Source: Podarcis tiliguerta
Taxonomy: Eukaryota
Length of the DNA stretch: 64,000 nucleotides
NCBI GenBank assembly: GCA_965153285.1
Contig: OZ229112.1
Reading direction: 5' to 3' (one strand)
The number at the start of each line of letters is the position of its first letter. Positions within the stretch are counted from its first letter, which is position 1. The notes under the pieces are model-generated. The model had not been told where the DNA came from and did no database searches. It worked only from the letters and a program-made list of their open reading frames with translations. Positions 1 to 12,400 of the stretch are shown piece after piece. The translations under genes were made by a program, and so were the position numbers.

Positions 1-436
1 TGATTTAATAATGTGTACAACTTTTACATTACTAGGATATTGCAGGTTGTAGGTACGGAAACAGTCAGGCAGCAAGCAGTGCTAATCTAAACTCCCAAGC
101 ACCCCATGAAACCTCAGCCACTTTTCTCAGCTAGCTTTGAAACTCAAAACTAACTCCTTTTTCTCTGGACAAATGTAAAAGTTATCCTTTGTGGGTCCTG
201 GCAGTACTCTGCAAGTACAATATAATACAGTCGAAAAACCTTGAGCAGCAGTGGTCAGTTACATGAGTTATTCTGATGACTGGAAATGGTCAAGCTTACT
301 GAAAGACTTTCTCATTCATCAGAAGATGTTTATAATAATATGATCGAACCAGCATATTGGAACATGAATTCTGTTGCATTTGGGGCTCTCTCTCTCTAGC
401 TACCCTTGTGCACATACTATGAATAGAAGCTATTAC

Positions 437-637
437 TTTTTGTTTCTCAAGCTTCAAAGCATCTCGTATCACGTCCCCAGATACCAGCTCCGCTTCCAGA
501 CACATCAATTGATCGTGAAGTGTCTCAGATTTGTTTTCTGCTTTTCTGGTCCTCTGCAAGACTTCCTGGTGTGATACAGCCTGAGTCTCCAGTGCCTCAG
601 TCAGTTTAGCTATTTGGCTTTCAAGCTGGGATACCAT
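437..637 (-). CDS. CCDC170: CCDC170 exon 7 (201 nt)
   Basis: cttag|ATGGTA...CAAAAA|gtaata; encodes MVSQLESQIAKL...LEAELVSGDVIRDALKLEKQK. Confidence 0.95.
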
Positions 638-3600
638 CTAAGGGGGGCGGGAGGAGAAAGCAAACTAAAGTCAGAGGCTGAGCTTGAAACTAAACTGTGG
701 TGCAAGAGAGGCATTGCCAAACTTTCAGAAATAGATTACACAACAAATAAGCATATGACAACTAGCTATTTGTTATTTATTCAAATACAGTGTTAAAATG
801 CTATTTCAAGCCTGAGATTGTTTGCCAACCAGCTCTTAATTATGTATTTGATTACTTGATTGTAATACAGGTAGATGACATCTTATATTACCAATCAACC
901 ATCACTGAACCATCACTGGAATTTGCAGTTCATGTGAGGCTTATAGATCAGGCTTCCTCAGACTTGGCCCTCCAGATGTTTTTGGCCTACAACTCCCATG
1001 ATCCCTAGCTAGCAGGCCCAGTGGTCAGGGATGATGGGAATTGTAGTCTCAAAACATCGGGAGGGCCGAGTTTGAGGAAGCCTGTTATAGATTGTGCCAG
1101 GCTGATTCAGTGTGCCAAGAACGTACAAAACTTAACTAATGGGGATCTGTCTACATGGACAGAAGTCCTTCTCAGAAACAAAAGGCTGGGTGCGGCGGGG
1201 GATGAGAGACAGATAGAAGACTAATAGGCTTTGGGCCACAGTTTGTGGCAGGCAAGCTGGACAATGAACTAGGCTTCAAATTGGACAGATAGCCAGAGAA
1301 AATAAACAAAGGCTGGTCTGACAACAAAATCCCATTCCATCATTGGCAGGCAGACCTGGGCCAGTAGACCACATACCAATAAAATATGACAGGCCATAGT
1401 GTGAGAAGCCAGTAAGACCATGCTCTGCCGAAATACCCAGGAACAAGGGTGTGGTCTATTAAATTGTATAACTTAAAAGCAGCTGAGGCATGAGGCAAGC
1501 AATAGATTAACTTTTGGAATGAACTACTTAATATATTTTAAAAACATATTTGACATTAAAACAGGAATGCTTTTAAGACATGCATTTTGCGCCGACTTAA
1601 AACAAAAAACCTAAAACCAGGGTAGCCAAAGCCAAAAAAGCAGACTAAACCCTATTATGCAAGCCCGTATAAATGATTAAAATGTGTTTTAACTGTTAAC
1701 TTTACAAATCTTCCATTAGACTCTTATAATTAAGAGTATTAGATTCCACTCACCACATTAATAGGATGGTTTAAATTTAATTGTACTTCTCTGTAGTGGC
1801 TTAGGTATTTATTTGTACAGTTTTAGCTCCATTTAAATTGTGTTAAATTGTGTTCCTGATTAGCAGATGTAAACCTCGTGTTTGCAAGCTGGCCTGATTT
1901 TGCAAGCATTTATGCGCACAACTTTTCCACTGCCCGCTTCAGCACTTAAAGATTGCAACATTTCAAATACAAACGAGTTGTGTTACCCGAGACTGAGGCA
2001 CACAGGGTAAAGGTTGTATATAAATGCTATGAAACGCAAACAGCAACAAAGAGATGCAAACAAGTGAGCCGCACAGTTGAAAACATCAAGCCAAGCAATA
2101 ATAAGGCACAAACCAAGCCAGCTGTTCCTAATGGAAAGATGGAAAAACCTGGCAATCCACCACCCAACCAGAGAATGTGGGTCGTTCCCCCCCCCCTTAG
2201 GGCCATTATGTAAAGAGATAGGGCAATGGAGGAATCTCGTTCAAATAACAGTCTGAACAAGGGCACAAAGTAAATGACAAAAGTCTTGTAGCAAATTTAG
2301 TTAAAGCAATTAAAAATTAATGCTGTAACTTTTTAGTTTTGGTTAACAGGACAGTAGGGAAAAAAATCATATGCCAGCTTCCTGTGAGACTTAGTGAAGG
2401 CTAGAGATCAGGCAGGGTAACATCCTTGCAGCTTCCCATTGGCTCTCTGACTGTAGCCTAATGTAGCAAAATGGATTTGGTTATTGATTTTTTTTTGGTG
2501 AGGAATGATGAAAGAATTGAAGCTTTGAGGCTCATCTAAACAAAGTGACAGCAGCAGTGGGGTGTTATTTGTTCTCTACTTCCAGCACAATAATACAACC
2601 CGCCCAGGGTGCAGGCGTTATGAGATACCACAAGAAGATTATTATATCATTTTAACCTTCTCAAAAATATAGAACCACATAGTTTCCAAAGCTTCCACAC
2701 GCTACTTGACTTTACCACCATTGCATTTCACGGTGAAGTGTGATTTTGTGGTGTGTGTATGTGTGTTCACTGCTTTTTAACTTTTCAATGTAGTTGAGAA
2801 CTCAGAAAGAGCAGCTTGACAGCAAAGAGCTACACATGAAACTTTTGCGCCAGAAGATAGCACAGATCAATAAAAATGATCAGTTTCACTTTTTGGAGGC
2901 CTGTCCATCTGTATATTGTGCAAGGCTGCTTTTCATTGTTAAAATTTCACTGAACTGGAACTCAGTGACTGAGCAGAACTGTGTATATTGATGATATAAT
3001 TTCATTTCATTTCAATTTATTGCTAGTGGGAGATCTCAGAGTGAAATCACAAATCAAGTAATAATAGCAATACTGAATTTTATCAACAACTTTTGCTCCT
3101 CCTGTGACTTATTTTTTAATTTATTATGGGTCTCCATATTAATCTTTATAGCTGTCACAGCAGAATCCTACTCAGAAGTAAATCCCATTGACTTCAGCCT
3201 TGCACTGCAGTGTATACCCACTTACTTGAGAGAAAGAGTCACTGAAATTAATGAAACTTACATCTGAGTAGTATATCATGTGGTGCAGCACCCAAAGTGA
3301 AAATTTGCTTATTGTAAGACTTTCCGACTTTCCAGTTGAAAATGCATTGAGTTAAAATAACAGTATCAGCACCAGTTGTGACTGGTGTTTTATTCAGCCA
3401 ATCCAGGAAACAACTTAGCTTCCATGTTTTTGCACTAAGGGTGGAGAAGCTTTTCGACTCTTCAGGGGTGCTGTATATTGGGATATCTGTTGGACACTGC
3501 ATGTCCACAGTGGCCAGGAGTAAAAAATTGGTGTCGTCCACATGTACCGCACCCCTAATACATGCACACACATCCATCAATTCATTCTCTCTCTCTGTGG

Positions 3601-6113
3601 CTTGAAAACCACTTCTGATGACACTGCAGAGGGAGGTGCAAGCTGTACAGGGAGGCCCTGCAGGCCACACCCTTGCTTTATACTAACTGAAGTTTCTGAG
3701 TAGCCTTATACATTGTGTTAGACTTAGGTGGAGGTTACCAGTGCATAGTTATCTATGGCTGAGAAAAGTGCCAATGGCAAGTTGATTGTGAAAAGCACCA
3801 GTGGGGAGTTCACTGAGGAATCTGGCAAATTAGCTGAAGCACCAAGGTGTCTTGAAGGTTGGCTGGGTTTGGTTTTCCAGAAGGATTCTGAGCCCATGGC
3901 TCATGAATGCTGAAAAAGTGGGCTTGGCAGAAACATTTGGGGCTACCACAGAAAGTAGGGTGCATACTTGTCCATATAGAAATGGCCACTCTCAGTGAAA
4001 GCAAAGATGGAAAAGTACTGAGTGGATTTGCTGAAGAAAACTTAGCCTTAGACAAGCACATAGTACAGATTTGTCCTGCTTACACGGCCCCAGAATGATG
4101 TCTGTCAATAAGGAAGAGTGCACTTCAGCCCCTGGAGAGTTCCTATTTGAAGGTCAGGAACTGAGATAACAGTGTCAGAAAAGACTTGAGCATACTCCAA
4201 ACTTGTTTTTCTAAGGGAAGTGCTATCAGGTTTTTTGGCTGGAGTGCAGATACACTTATACTTGATCGATCATCTTCTGGCCTCTTCAAAAAAAGGAAAA
4301 AAGAAAAAAGAGTGTAAAATCAAATCTAGTGTGCAGTGTTTAGGTGCAAGGCTCAAACAATATATATTTTTAAACCCACAGAAATTCTAGGGTTTGCTGT
4401 TAAATATGTTATCTAATATTTTTGCCTATATTCCAACAATTCATTGAGATAGGCGAGGTGGTAGAAGTGAGGCTTTGAGGCCCACATTTTAAAATAGCTA
4501 GTGTAGGACGGTGGACAGATGGACAGGCCTCCAAAAAGTGAAACTGATCATTTTTATTCCTTATAACTCACCTGACAGACTTAAAATTTTGCCCATAATT
4601 TGCCTGTTTCATTTAAAATGCCGCACATGAAGTCTTCAAAGACAGGGAAGAGTGGGCTCTGGAAGTTTTGTCAACAGTTATAGAACCAATTCTTATCAGT
4701 AATGAACGGGAATTTAAGAGACCAAACAAAAATATAAGATAATGATGAAAAAAGAGAATGATTTAGTATTGCGGTGGGATATGCTGTTGCAACTTGAAAT
4801 CCGACAGGGTTCATATATTCTGCAAAAGCCTTGTGATCTGGCAAAGCTCTGAACATCTAATGCTGTAATTCATGCATGCACATGCTTTCATCATGAGTTT
4901 ACATATCAAAATTCTCATGCAACAGAAAGGCCACAGGGCATAAATAATTGTATGTGCATAGATCGTTTTCCACCAGAGGACTTTTCTTCATTCTACTACT
5001 ACGATTTTTGAAGGCAGCCTCCATCCATGCCACTACTATGAGTGCCTGTTTGCAGCTCTGCCTCTCCCTAGTTAGATTCTTCGTATTTAGATCATCTTCC
5101 CTGCAATGGAAGAGAGGAAGGCTCTCTATTGTCAGGGAAAGTAGGCTCTGCGCCATACACCCAGGCTGGCCAAATATGTTCAGGCTGGCCAAATTGAAAT
5201 GTTTAGGGCAGCAGCACTACTGCCAAAAAATGCATTCTCTGTGGACCTGTGGTCAGGGAAAGGATTGGATCAGCTTTGATTTAATTGGACATGCTTCTGA
5301 TATGGGGCTCTGGGATTGTCTGCAAAGTACCCGTGCTTATTTTCCGGGATGATGAGGCAGATGCTGTGGTGCTTAAACTCCAAAGCTGAAAGGCTTAGAT
5401 TTGTTTTGTTTCTTGTTGTTTTGCAAAGGGTCTATGCAGAACAAGGCAGCCAACATGTGCAAGGTTCCAATTCACACAGAAAATAAGCTACAGAAAATCA
5501 AGCATCTCAAGCAATCACAGTAGACATCCACATACTGTTTTTTTGCTCTCCTCCATGCGGATCATTTCTCGAATTTTTTCTACAATGTCCTCCTCAGATC
5601 GGCTGGCTATAATGCAGCTGCTTCCAAGCAGGGTGATGATTTGCTCTTTAAAGGCATTGTGCAGACGCTTTTCAGCCCTGACCTCTTCCATGCTTGCTTT
5701 CAGGTTCTCTTCTTTCTCATGGCAACCTTTCTTTAGGTGGCTCACTTCTTCCTGCGAGACTTCCCAAGCCCTTTGACTTGCAGCCAGTCTCTCTTGGAGG
5801 GTTCTGATCTCCCTCTCGAGGCTCTGGTTAGCTGCCGTGGTGCTGCTCAGATCCTAAATAAAAGCCACAGCAATCATATTGTAGCCCCAATTTTCCTTTT
5901 CTATATTAATGCACAAAGTTTGCAGATTCTGCATTCAGGGTAATCAACATGAAGTTTAGGGGCCATGTCCACCGCTCACCGTACTTTCCCCTTTGAACAA
6001 CCATGATAGGACAATAAAGCACAGCACAAGCTAGGAGAAGGGAATATTTGGGGATGAGGACCTGGGCTTGCTTGTCCTACTCTATGCCATTCATAGAAGT
6101 CTAGATTACATAC

Positions 6114-6144
<31 letters not shown>

Positions 6145-6419
6145 AAGAAGAAGAAGAAGAAGAAGAAGAAGAAGAAGAAGAAAAAGAAGAAGAAGAAGAA
6201 AATATTCTTATATTTCATAAAATGATGTAGTCCCACCTATAAATCACTAGATGACACTTACTTTTAATCCCTTTAAGATTCTTGCATACTTATGAGGATT
6301 CTCTGTCCCATCACAAACTCTCCATATCAGCTCAGAATGGCCTTCTGTGCACAGACGATGCTTTGGAGAGGCACTGTTGCGGTAGAGTCTAAAATTTAAG
6401 CAAGCGCCGCGCACGCACA

Positions 6420-6453
<34 letters not shown>

Positions 6454-9400
6454 GTGCTTGGTTCTCATTCATAGAATGTGCTTCCAAAACTCACTGCCTC
6501 AGAGAAAAAATACTGGCAAAGCAAAATTTTGGTGATATTTAATGAAACGCTGTGGGAGTTTGGCAATAAAAACATTAGATGCTTGTGGACACAGAAACAA
6601 ACTGTTTAAATTAGATGCAATCTATAAAAACAGCAATGGCTATTAATCCTACAAGTTTAATGCACCTTGTGATTAACAACTGGGAATAGGAAATACTTTT
6701 ATTCTATGCAAAGTGCAAGAATTAGACAACCAGCTGAGTGCATGTTGAAAGGGTGTTCTTTTTTTTATGACTGGTTCTGGTTCTGGATGCCAAATGGGAA
6801 GCGGAATGCTAGATTTGAAGGGTCAAGTTTATTTCCCTAATTATCCCAACTCTAAGAATAGATTCTTTATAAGAAGAATGAGAAGTGTTAAGTGCATACT
6901 TGTCACCACTCAAGCCTACTCTAATTGGAGACGTCACATTCAACAAAATCTGCCTTTGTATATTTTGGCATCCTTCCATTTAATTTAATTTTCCTGCTAC
7001 TTTTCTTAAAAGATCTTGGTGGGGAGGAATCTAATCCAGTGCCAAGAATTAAATTACTGATATTACAGAAAATTGAGGAAACAATTTCAGATTGCAATAT
7101 TATTTCAACAAATGCACTCTTTCCTCATCGCAGGTGCAGCACAACATCGTTTAGAAACAAAGAGAAACAAATGGACAGATTCTTCCAAACACTCCTGTGA
7201 GTAACAGAAAATGTTGCTATTCATATGCAAGGCCCAGAAAGCAGCCACGTCCCTCACACATGTTGGCGCATGTGGGGCACAGAGACTTTTCCCTATATGT
7301 AAAACTCATACAGAAAAGAAAGTTATAATCTGTGGTGCACTCTTTCATATTGGGGCAATGAAGGACAAAATTAAGGTCAAATTACAATGATATTGGTTAG
7401 GATTCAGCTTAATTTGAAATCTCTAAAGAAAAACAGGATGATTACAATCAGCCATCCTGCATTTAATGAGAGAAAAACAAACATTCCAGATTACATTTGT
7501 TTCATTCTTTGATGAAGAACTGCGGACAGTTCTTGGCACTGTAATTCAAAGAGTATACCAGAGAGGAAAGAATTCAAAGAGAAGAACAGCCGATAAGAAG
7601 CCTGAAAGAAACATCATCTGAGGAAGGACTGAAGGAGCTTGGTGTGCCTATCCTAGAGATTTTCAAGCATTTTGTAAAAGATGCAAGAAAGGAAGCAACA
7701 AAAAACTGTTTTTCAGAACCATGGAGGTGGGGAGGTTTAAGAGGGGACGACAAGCAAAAGCGATGACAGGGAAACTGATTTAGATCAAACCATTAGGAAA
7801 CGTTTCCCAACTACAGAAGAAAGTTAACAGAAAGCTGTGCCATTTTCTGGTTTTCAGGGAGACTAGAGAGGCAAACATCCATTGCAGGAGAAAGAATCAA
7901 AATGGGGAACCCTTCTGCATTTTGTGGGTAGTGTCCAACAGCTTCCATCCACTGCAGAATGTGTCAGTGCAATCAGGCAAAGAGGAATTTTTCAGTTATT
8001 CCCTCCTCTCTGCAGACCCCTGTGCCCCTAGCAGATGTAGGGGAGGCACAGGGGGCTTCAGAGGAAACAACAATTTGCCAAAAATTGCCTCCCACCCCAG
8101 TTCTGTTGATGAATTCTTTCTGTTTTCTGCTGGATACTACCTTATGGGTTTCAGAGCTAAAATCCATAATGCTCAAAAAGGCAAGGAAAGCAGAGATATC
8201 CTAGCATCCATGTTTACTGCATGCAGTGATATACATACTGGCAAGAAAGTATACAAGCTACTTTACAGGAAAGCACCTTACAGCAAAATTCACCAATTCT
8301 CAAAAAGTGACCCACACTTTCAAGTTATAATGTGATCTCCTACTTCAGAACAGCCTTCTAATCCTAGCCTATCCAGTGCTAAGGAGTAAGTTTTCTTTTA
8401 CTAATTTCAAACTTCAGTTAACTATTTTGTAGCACCCGTTATTAATTATAACTCAGACAGCAGCCTTTGCCTAACAAGCAATATGTTCATTTGTTTGTGG
8501 CACAGCTTTTCTGCTTGTGACGTGAATTAATTATCCACAGTTAAGTGCATTTAGCACAGTAAACACACAGTACACAGCTCACAGGATCCAGTAGCTTAAC
8601 AGTGAACTTGAAAGAGCAGAAACACTCTGGTCCTTCTTGACTTTACTTCCAAACTAGAAAACTATTGTTACTGCAAACCATGTCCCTTTTCGTTCGTGCA
8701 ATGGTCCATTTGAATACTATAAACCTATAGTTTGCCAAATATCAGGAATGAAAACTCAGTTCAAACTATGATTTACAATCCTACTTGGTGGGTGAACTGT
8801 GATTTACATAAAGCATAGGTTGCTTGGCTTGGATGGAATGCCAAACTATGGCTTGCTATTAAACCGGAAGTGAAATGGCAAATTAATGTTTGTACAAGCA
8901 CATTTGCAAGCAGTATTTATTTATTATAAAAATTTCTATAACACTCTTCTATGGAAGATTCCATAGAGTTATGTGAACTGACCCTTGAAAATGCTTTTAG
9001 AGAAACTAGATATTAATTCAATACAATGTAAAAGGGAAGGGGGGAGTGATAGTACCGCCTTTGAGGTTGGAACAGGTCTCTGTATTAAAAAAAAAGATTG
9101 TTTTTTAAATATATGTCCCAAGGAGCAACTGAAGATGTATAAATTACTTCAAGTTCCTTTTTGACAAAGTTTTCAGATACTCTGGGGTAAAAAATCCCAA
9201 GGAAACAGAATTATTTTTTATAACTTGAATTTTTGTCCCCTATTTAAACAAAGAAAAAGTGACATTGGCAAATGGTCTAAATGGCAGCTATCTACCCTCT
9301 GTCCAAATGTAAATTGTTCCTAAATTATTATTCTTGTTTCAGGTTCTTCCCATGACACTTCATCTGGTCAAAGCTGTTACAATGATCTTGTATTTTTAAA

Positions 9401-12400
9401 AAGAGACCAAAATTTGCAATGACATTATACAAAACCAGATAAAGGGGGGTGGCGCTCCTTTATTTAAAGCTATACTGCACAGTGTTTCACACACACCAAT
9501 TAGCCTTTATCATGATGAAGGCAAGAAAATATCAGTTGAAGATGGAAGAAGATATGTTGAATCAAGTTCCATTATCAAGTTTCACCCAGTTTCAATTCTT
9601 TAAAAAGTCATTGTTGCTGTCTTGACTGTTTTAATGGTTTTCTTATTTTTTAATAGTTTTAAAAATTGTTCTTACCTGCCCCAAAATCACGTATGATGAA
9701 GAGTGGGATCTTATAGGTGAGTGGCTTGAATGCAAGTGTTCAAAACAACTGATATATTAAGATCTGATCATGTTTCCAGTATCTCATGAAATAAAACGAA
9801 ATGTTAATATTTGACAGATAAGTCACTGCTGTATTCTCCATTGTGGTTTTGGCAGGCAGTCTATGCTTACAAAACAGACTTTCCAAAGGGCCATATTCCT
9901 TCCTTTACAACAATTCCTAAGTGCACCACAGTTCCTGTAAACATGTGTGACATCTATGCTGAACATTTTAAAAGGGCTTGAATTGAGTGACATAACTGTA
10001 CAAGAGATCTGGGAAGTTCCATGACCACTAACCCCGAAAGCAGTGTTCTTACTTCAATCCAAATCATTTATCAAATGTGTTCTATGATTTCATAAGTTGT
10101 ATGACTGACCACATCCCTTAATAAAGAACATATTTGTTCCTCTAAGTACTATCACCAACAGTATAGAAGTTTTGGGACTGTATTGAGTTCAGCTGAGATG
10201 TGATCTGATGCGTGCCTTGTGTCTTTTGACAGAATCTATGTTTTCTGGAAAGCCAATATCCCACAAAGGTCTTGTTGTTATGCAAGTTAAATGTGACCGA
10301 GTTCCATTGTTTACCATTAAAGTTTTCAGACAAAACATAAGTTTAACTTTATATTTTGATGTACTCCTGAAGTGTTTTCAACAAGATTCATGTGACATGT
10401 TTATTGTTCCTTTTAAAAAAAGCATTAACTCATTTAATGATGCATTTTAAAAGCATTTACCCATTTAAGATCTATTAGATAAATCAGCCTTTAATTTAAG
10501 CCAGATCAGCTGAGTGACTCATGATCTTTTCTCTTTGCTCACCTTCTCATATCTAATGCTTGCCTGAACATCTGTTTCAGTAACTCTTGAACTCTTCCTG
10601 CACTGAGAACCACTACAACTTTGTGCGGACAACCACATTTGCTTACCTTATTACCATTACATGACCGGTTGCTTGAATGGCTTCTGGATTAAAATCCAGT
10701 AGCTACAGGTGTCCTTTGTAGCTGTAGTCAACCAGTTTGGGGTTTTTGTATCTGACTCAAAAAAATCAAACCGAGGCACCCCTGTTCTCAATGACCCATA
10801 CAGAGATGGAGACCAGAGGCAGGAAAATAATTCCCATCTGGAACCTGTGCATATGTTTGTGGGTGTGTGCTTACTTCAATGTAACAGCTGCCCCTGATTA
10901 CAGTTGCTTGTTTAGCAGGAGAATTCAGAAACTTATCAATTTTTAAATGTCATCTGGCAGCTCTTTCACTGTAAGACGGAAGCTGCAAAGAATCAGGGAC
11001 ACCTGCAGTTGGTATATGCTAAAACAAAGAAATGTCTGTGTCCTTAAGTACAAAGTTTTTAAAAACAAATGGACAGTGTGAGGGGGTCTGATCTGGATTG
11101 GAACCCAAGTATGGAGAGTAGGGAAGCTTCAACTTAATTTCTCCTGCTATGTTCCTGATCTGAATTTGGATCAAGAACAAGGGTTAAAGAGTTAAAGCCC
11201 CTCTAGGATTCCAACTTTCCTAAGGAAAAAACTCCCATTCACATCAATGAGACTTTTTCTCGCCACATGGAAATCAGGCATGGGGCTCCAAGTTCAGATA
11301 GGGACCATTGTGAAGTGCAAAGGGTTAAAGCCCTATATGACAATTTCTCTGTTAAAAATGCTTGCACTTGTCTAGTTTGATTCTAAGAAAACATTTTGTC
11401 ACATATACTTCTCTCTCCATCCCCAAACTTGCGACAAGTGACCACATAGCTCTCTTCAAAGTACTGTAAGCCTTTGCATAAAGACTCAATGCCCCACAAC
11501 AGAAAAATGAAAAAGACTTACATTACTTAACTTTTCCATGTCTTGACAGCAGGATGCTACCTGCCTCTGTTCTTTGCTCAGTTCTGAGACGAGCCTCATG
11601 ATGGTTTCTCTATTTGCTTTTGACTCCATGTCATGAACATTTGTGGTCTCCTGGAGTGTGGCAATCTGTCTTTTTAGTACTTTATTTTCTTCGTGCATGT
11701 CACTGATCTGGAAGCATGGAAGCTAGTTAAAAGTGGTTATTTAACACTCTTCCCTCCCCCTCCCTGGTTTATGCACATTTAAATACTCTTGCTTATCAAA
11801 TTATAATTATTTGCTTTTAAACTAAAGCCATGATTCAATCACAGTTAAACTCTTTCAAGTAATACAAATGCTTTCGGCCATAACCTAAACAACCTTACAG
11901 CTCTGCGCTATTGCTATTCCGTGGGTCTCACAACATAGATATGTACACTTTACTGGGTCACATCTCACACATCCTAAAGAATAACCATTTCTGGATAAGT
12001 ACGAAGCATTGCTTTGATCAGGTATGCTATATCCACTCGCTGGGTTTACTACCATAATTACATCCCTTTTCAAGGTTGACAGTTTCTCTACCTCTTGGGC
12101 ATTGAGCTGTAAAGCAAGGCTAAATGTGTGGTGGTGGTGAATATGGAAGAACCTGTCTTATGTCAAGAAACGTTGCAAGGAGCTTGCTTAGGGCCAACCA
12201 CCTACAAAATGCTAGATTGTGCTCTATGGCATTGCTCAGGCCTTAGGTCTTTTGCTGCTTTCATTATTACCATACATATTAACCACTGGAATACCTTTAC
12301 CACTGGCTTGTTTCAGGGGGACAGGATTGTTTGGGGTCCATTTGGCTATCAGAATTATATTACCTTGGAAATGTGCTTAGCAGGCTATAGTAGGCTCCTT

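Noticed and set aside
2794-2991. Independent plus-strand gene
   Set aside because: Similarity to CCDC170 ends after 24 codons and the remainder is read-through into rearranged intron; no other plus-strand CCDC170 exons were found.
4264-4271. GATCGATC (and GATC at 2865-2868) as Hi-C ligation-junction artefacts
   Set aside because: An 8-mer is expected about once by chance in 64 kb, and the source of the 44-bp arm has no GATC at the joint.
2869-4558. 1.7-kb DNA transposon bounded by 44-bp TIRs
   Set aside because: No target-site duplication, no recognisable terminal motif and no transposase remnant; the left arm abuts the inverted exon piece, which favours a templated rearrangement.
5976-6236. 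Poly-Phe ORF
   Set aside because: Translation of the (TTC)n microsatellite.
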